From the human T2T-CHM13v2.0 reference genome, Homo sapiens: a stretch of DNA of 64,000 nt. Below are positions 61,709 to 64,000 of this stretch, one piece after another. Numbering within the stretch: position 1 is the first letter of the stretch; each line of letters opens with the position of its first letter. Location of the stretch: assembly GCF_009914755.1 (NCBI RefSeq), contig NC_060926.1, one strand, 5' to 3'. The position numbers and the translations under genes are program-made. Under the pieces are notes generated by a model. That model was not told where the DNA came from. It was given only the letters and a program-made list of their open reading frames with translations, and did no database searches.

Positions 61709-64000
61709 TTACTGACAACTCATTGAGCCTCTTACAAAAGCAAGATGAGATGGTCATCCCACTTATCCATTGGTTTTATGCTCAGGAATGCCCCAAGAAA
61801 GACCAGCTGATACTTTCCATAGACAAGGAGAAGACCCAGAGGAGCCAAGGCCCTAAAAGTTTACTGAGAAGCCCAGAAACTGAATCCAAACTAGAACAGG
61901 CCTTGAGTTCCCATCCTGGCCTCCTACTTGGAGCGAATTGCCTGTATAATGGGGACTTGCCCAGTACCCAGGCATTCCTCTAACCCCTGCACTCTTAAGC
62001 CTGGCTCTTTGTAGTTTCTGACATGATGCTAAATCCCCAGTCTTCCATTCGACTTCTGCTCTCAGACAAAAATTCAGCAAGTATTTAGAGCTTGGCAGGG
62101 CCAGTGACCACAAACAGACACTGGCTTCTAGTAAGAAACTGTAAAAGTTGCCTTTCTGTTGCCCTCTGATAAATGTGTGTCATGTACACACGTGCCCCAG
62201 ATGTGCCCTGTCTGCATAAAAGCCAAGCACATCTACCACCTGGAAAGTTTCCACGCTGGATCAATTCCCAAATGATATTCTGCTCTGGCATACTGCTAGT
62301 CCACCGGGGGCACCATGAGGAAACCACCATTTATTTGCTCAACTTGAAATTGACTTTCAGCTTTCTTTAGAAATGGTCTCAGAGGGTGTTTTAGATGACC
62401 CAGAACTTCCCAAAATGTAACTAACAATTCCAGATCCCATCTACTTGGGAATCACGAAACGGAAAATTAAAACATTTTCCCCAGATGAATTTATGTTCCA
62501 CTTCCTATTTTTAAAAACTTACACGTTTATAAATCAGAAGCAAAGGGGCTGCTCTCCCCAGAAAACACCTGCTCTCTGACATTAAGCCTGGAGGTTTAAG
62601 TTCCCTGGAGGATGGCTCTGCCTGCCACTTCCCTTCACCTGTATGGATAAAAGCAGTCTGATGATCTGTCAGTAACCTAAAGCTTGGCCACTATGGGCCT
62701 AGAAGCAAATTATTTTATATGGTCTAAATGTTTGTTGAGAACATCACAGCAACTTGAGGAGCAAATGAAAATTTTCCATGTTGATATTAATCCTCTGTAG
62801 ACTTTCCTTCCTGTGTGGAGAGCTGCATACTTTTACAGGTAGTAATCAGATGCCACAAACTATGAGCCTGATTCAACCCAAATTATGCAGAGCAGGGAAT
62901 TTTTGAAAAGCTGCTTTTGATTTTTCTTAGCTCTTTGTAGACACTCTTAATGCAGGCCTGTTTCCATCCCCTGACTGACCCCTTTAGATTTCCATAGGCA
63001 AGTCAGAGAGAAGGCAAGAAGGGAATTGAGGGCACCTTGCTAGCCGTCTTCCATCTAAGCACAAACGAAAGTTCTAGAATTAAGAAAATGCATCCTCCTG
63101 CCTTACTGGCACACTACATCCTGCACATTCCGGGCCTGGCAGCAAGAACAGTCAAGAAAGAAGACGTGTTTTTGGTTTTTTGTTATTTTTTTAAAACCAA
63201 ATCAAGATTTTGATTTCCAGAAATAAATCCTTCGCCCCTAACTTGTTCTCCTATTTCTGAAAGGCCCATTCCTAAGAAGAAATGACTTGAAAGATTTGCT
63301 CTATAATATTCGCTGGCAATCATAGCTCCAGTTTTCTCGGGAGGGTTTTGAGGGGGTTGTATTTCTCGTATACTTGGAGCAGAGTCCTTTCTGGCTCATT
63401 TCACAGGCTGAAACGTCTAGCTTAGGTAGACCAGGTATTCAGCAGGACAACAACTGAATTCCATAGCATCAGATTTAAGGGAAAATAGACTGAAATGATT
63501 TGGTGGAAGCAAGGTTTTTGAAAAAAACATAAAAAGTCTTTTGTGCAGAGATGGGCATGGATATATACTCTCTAAAAATTTACAAATTAAAAGTCAGCCA
63601 TTCCCAAACTCAAGAAACCCCTAGAGCATCCGGCAGCACTTCTGAAAAATAAATACAAGACCATATTTTCTTATACATAAACCACTCTCTTACTAGTTCA
63701 ACCCTAATTTGGTGACCTTGGAGACAATTTTTCTTTTGTAAGTAAATAATTATAATAAGTTGCCTCTAAGTTGTTATAAAACTACCCACAATTTTTCTGG
63801 CTTACAAAGAAAAATAAAAATGCTTAACATAAAGAGACTACTTTTGATCGTGCCAAACTTAAATAAATAGTAAATAGGGAAAAAGTAGAATTTTTAAAAA
63901 GGAACCAATAAGTCAAAGAAAAAAGTTTTCCTTGTATTTAGAGACTGTTCCATTTGAAGAAGCAATAGAATATTGGAGGAATGTCCAGAAGGTAGTCATT

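Overview
This is human (or great-ape) genomic DNA from inside the PAX3 gene (human 2q36.1), which lies on the minus strand. Three internal coding exons are present with exact AG/GT boundaries: 13172-13377 (exon 5, 206 bp, linker plus homeodomain helices 1-2 and the start of helix 3), 2315-2480 (exon 6, 166 bp, rest of the recognition helix [12 protein letters not shown]) and 1233-1447 (exon 7, 215 bp, Pro/Ser/Thr-rich region). Positions 1-1232 are the start of intron 7, the PAX3-FOXO1 breakpoint intron. Everything above 13377 is the large intron 4, and exon 4 lies beyond the window. The rest is typical primate intron: about 17 Alus, young and old L1 fragments, MIR/L2, hAT DNA transposon fossils and microsatellites. 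The short ORFs in the track are repeat-derived, intron read-through or chance. I do not see a convincing new protein-coding system. The most interesting unexplained structure is non-coding: (1) a 131-bp, about 95% identical inverted duplication not recognisable as a known repeat (58348-58478 / 59321-59451); (2) a pre-miRNA-sized hairpin with a competing third arm inside a template-switch-like rearrangement (7712-7925); (3) repeat-free motif-dense candidate enhancers in intron 4, including a palindromic TCF/LEF pair near 50.5 kb and a perfect 20-bp homeodomain palindrome at 22060; (4) non-consensus splice sites around the homeobox exons. Repeat subfamily names and boundaries are by eye, not by RepeatMasker.
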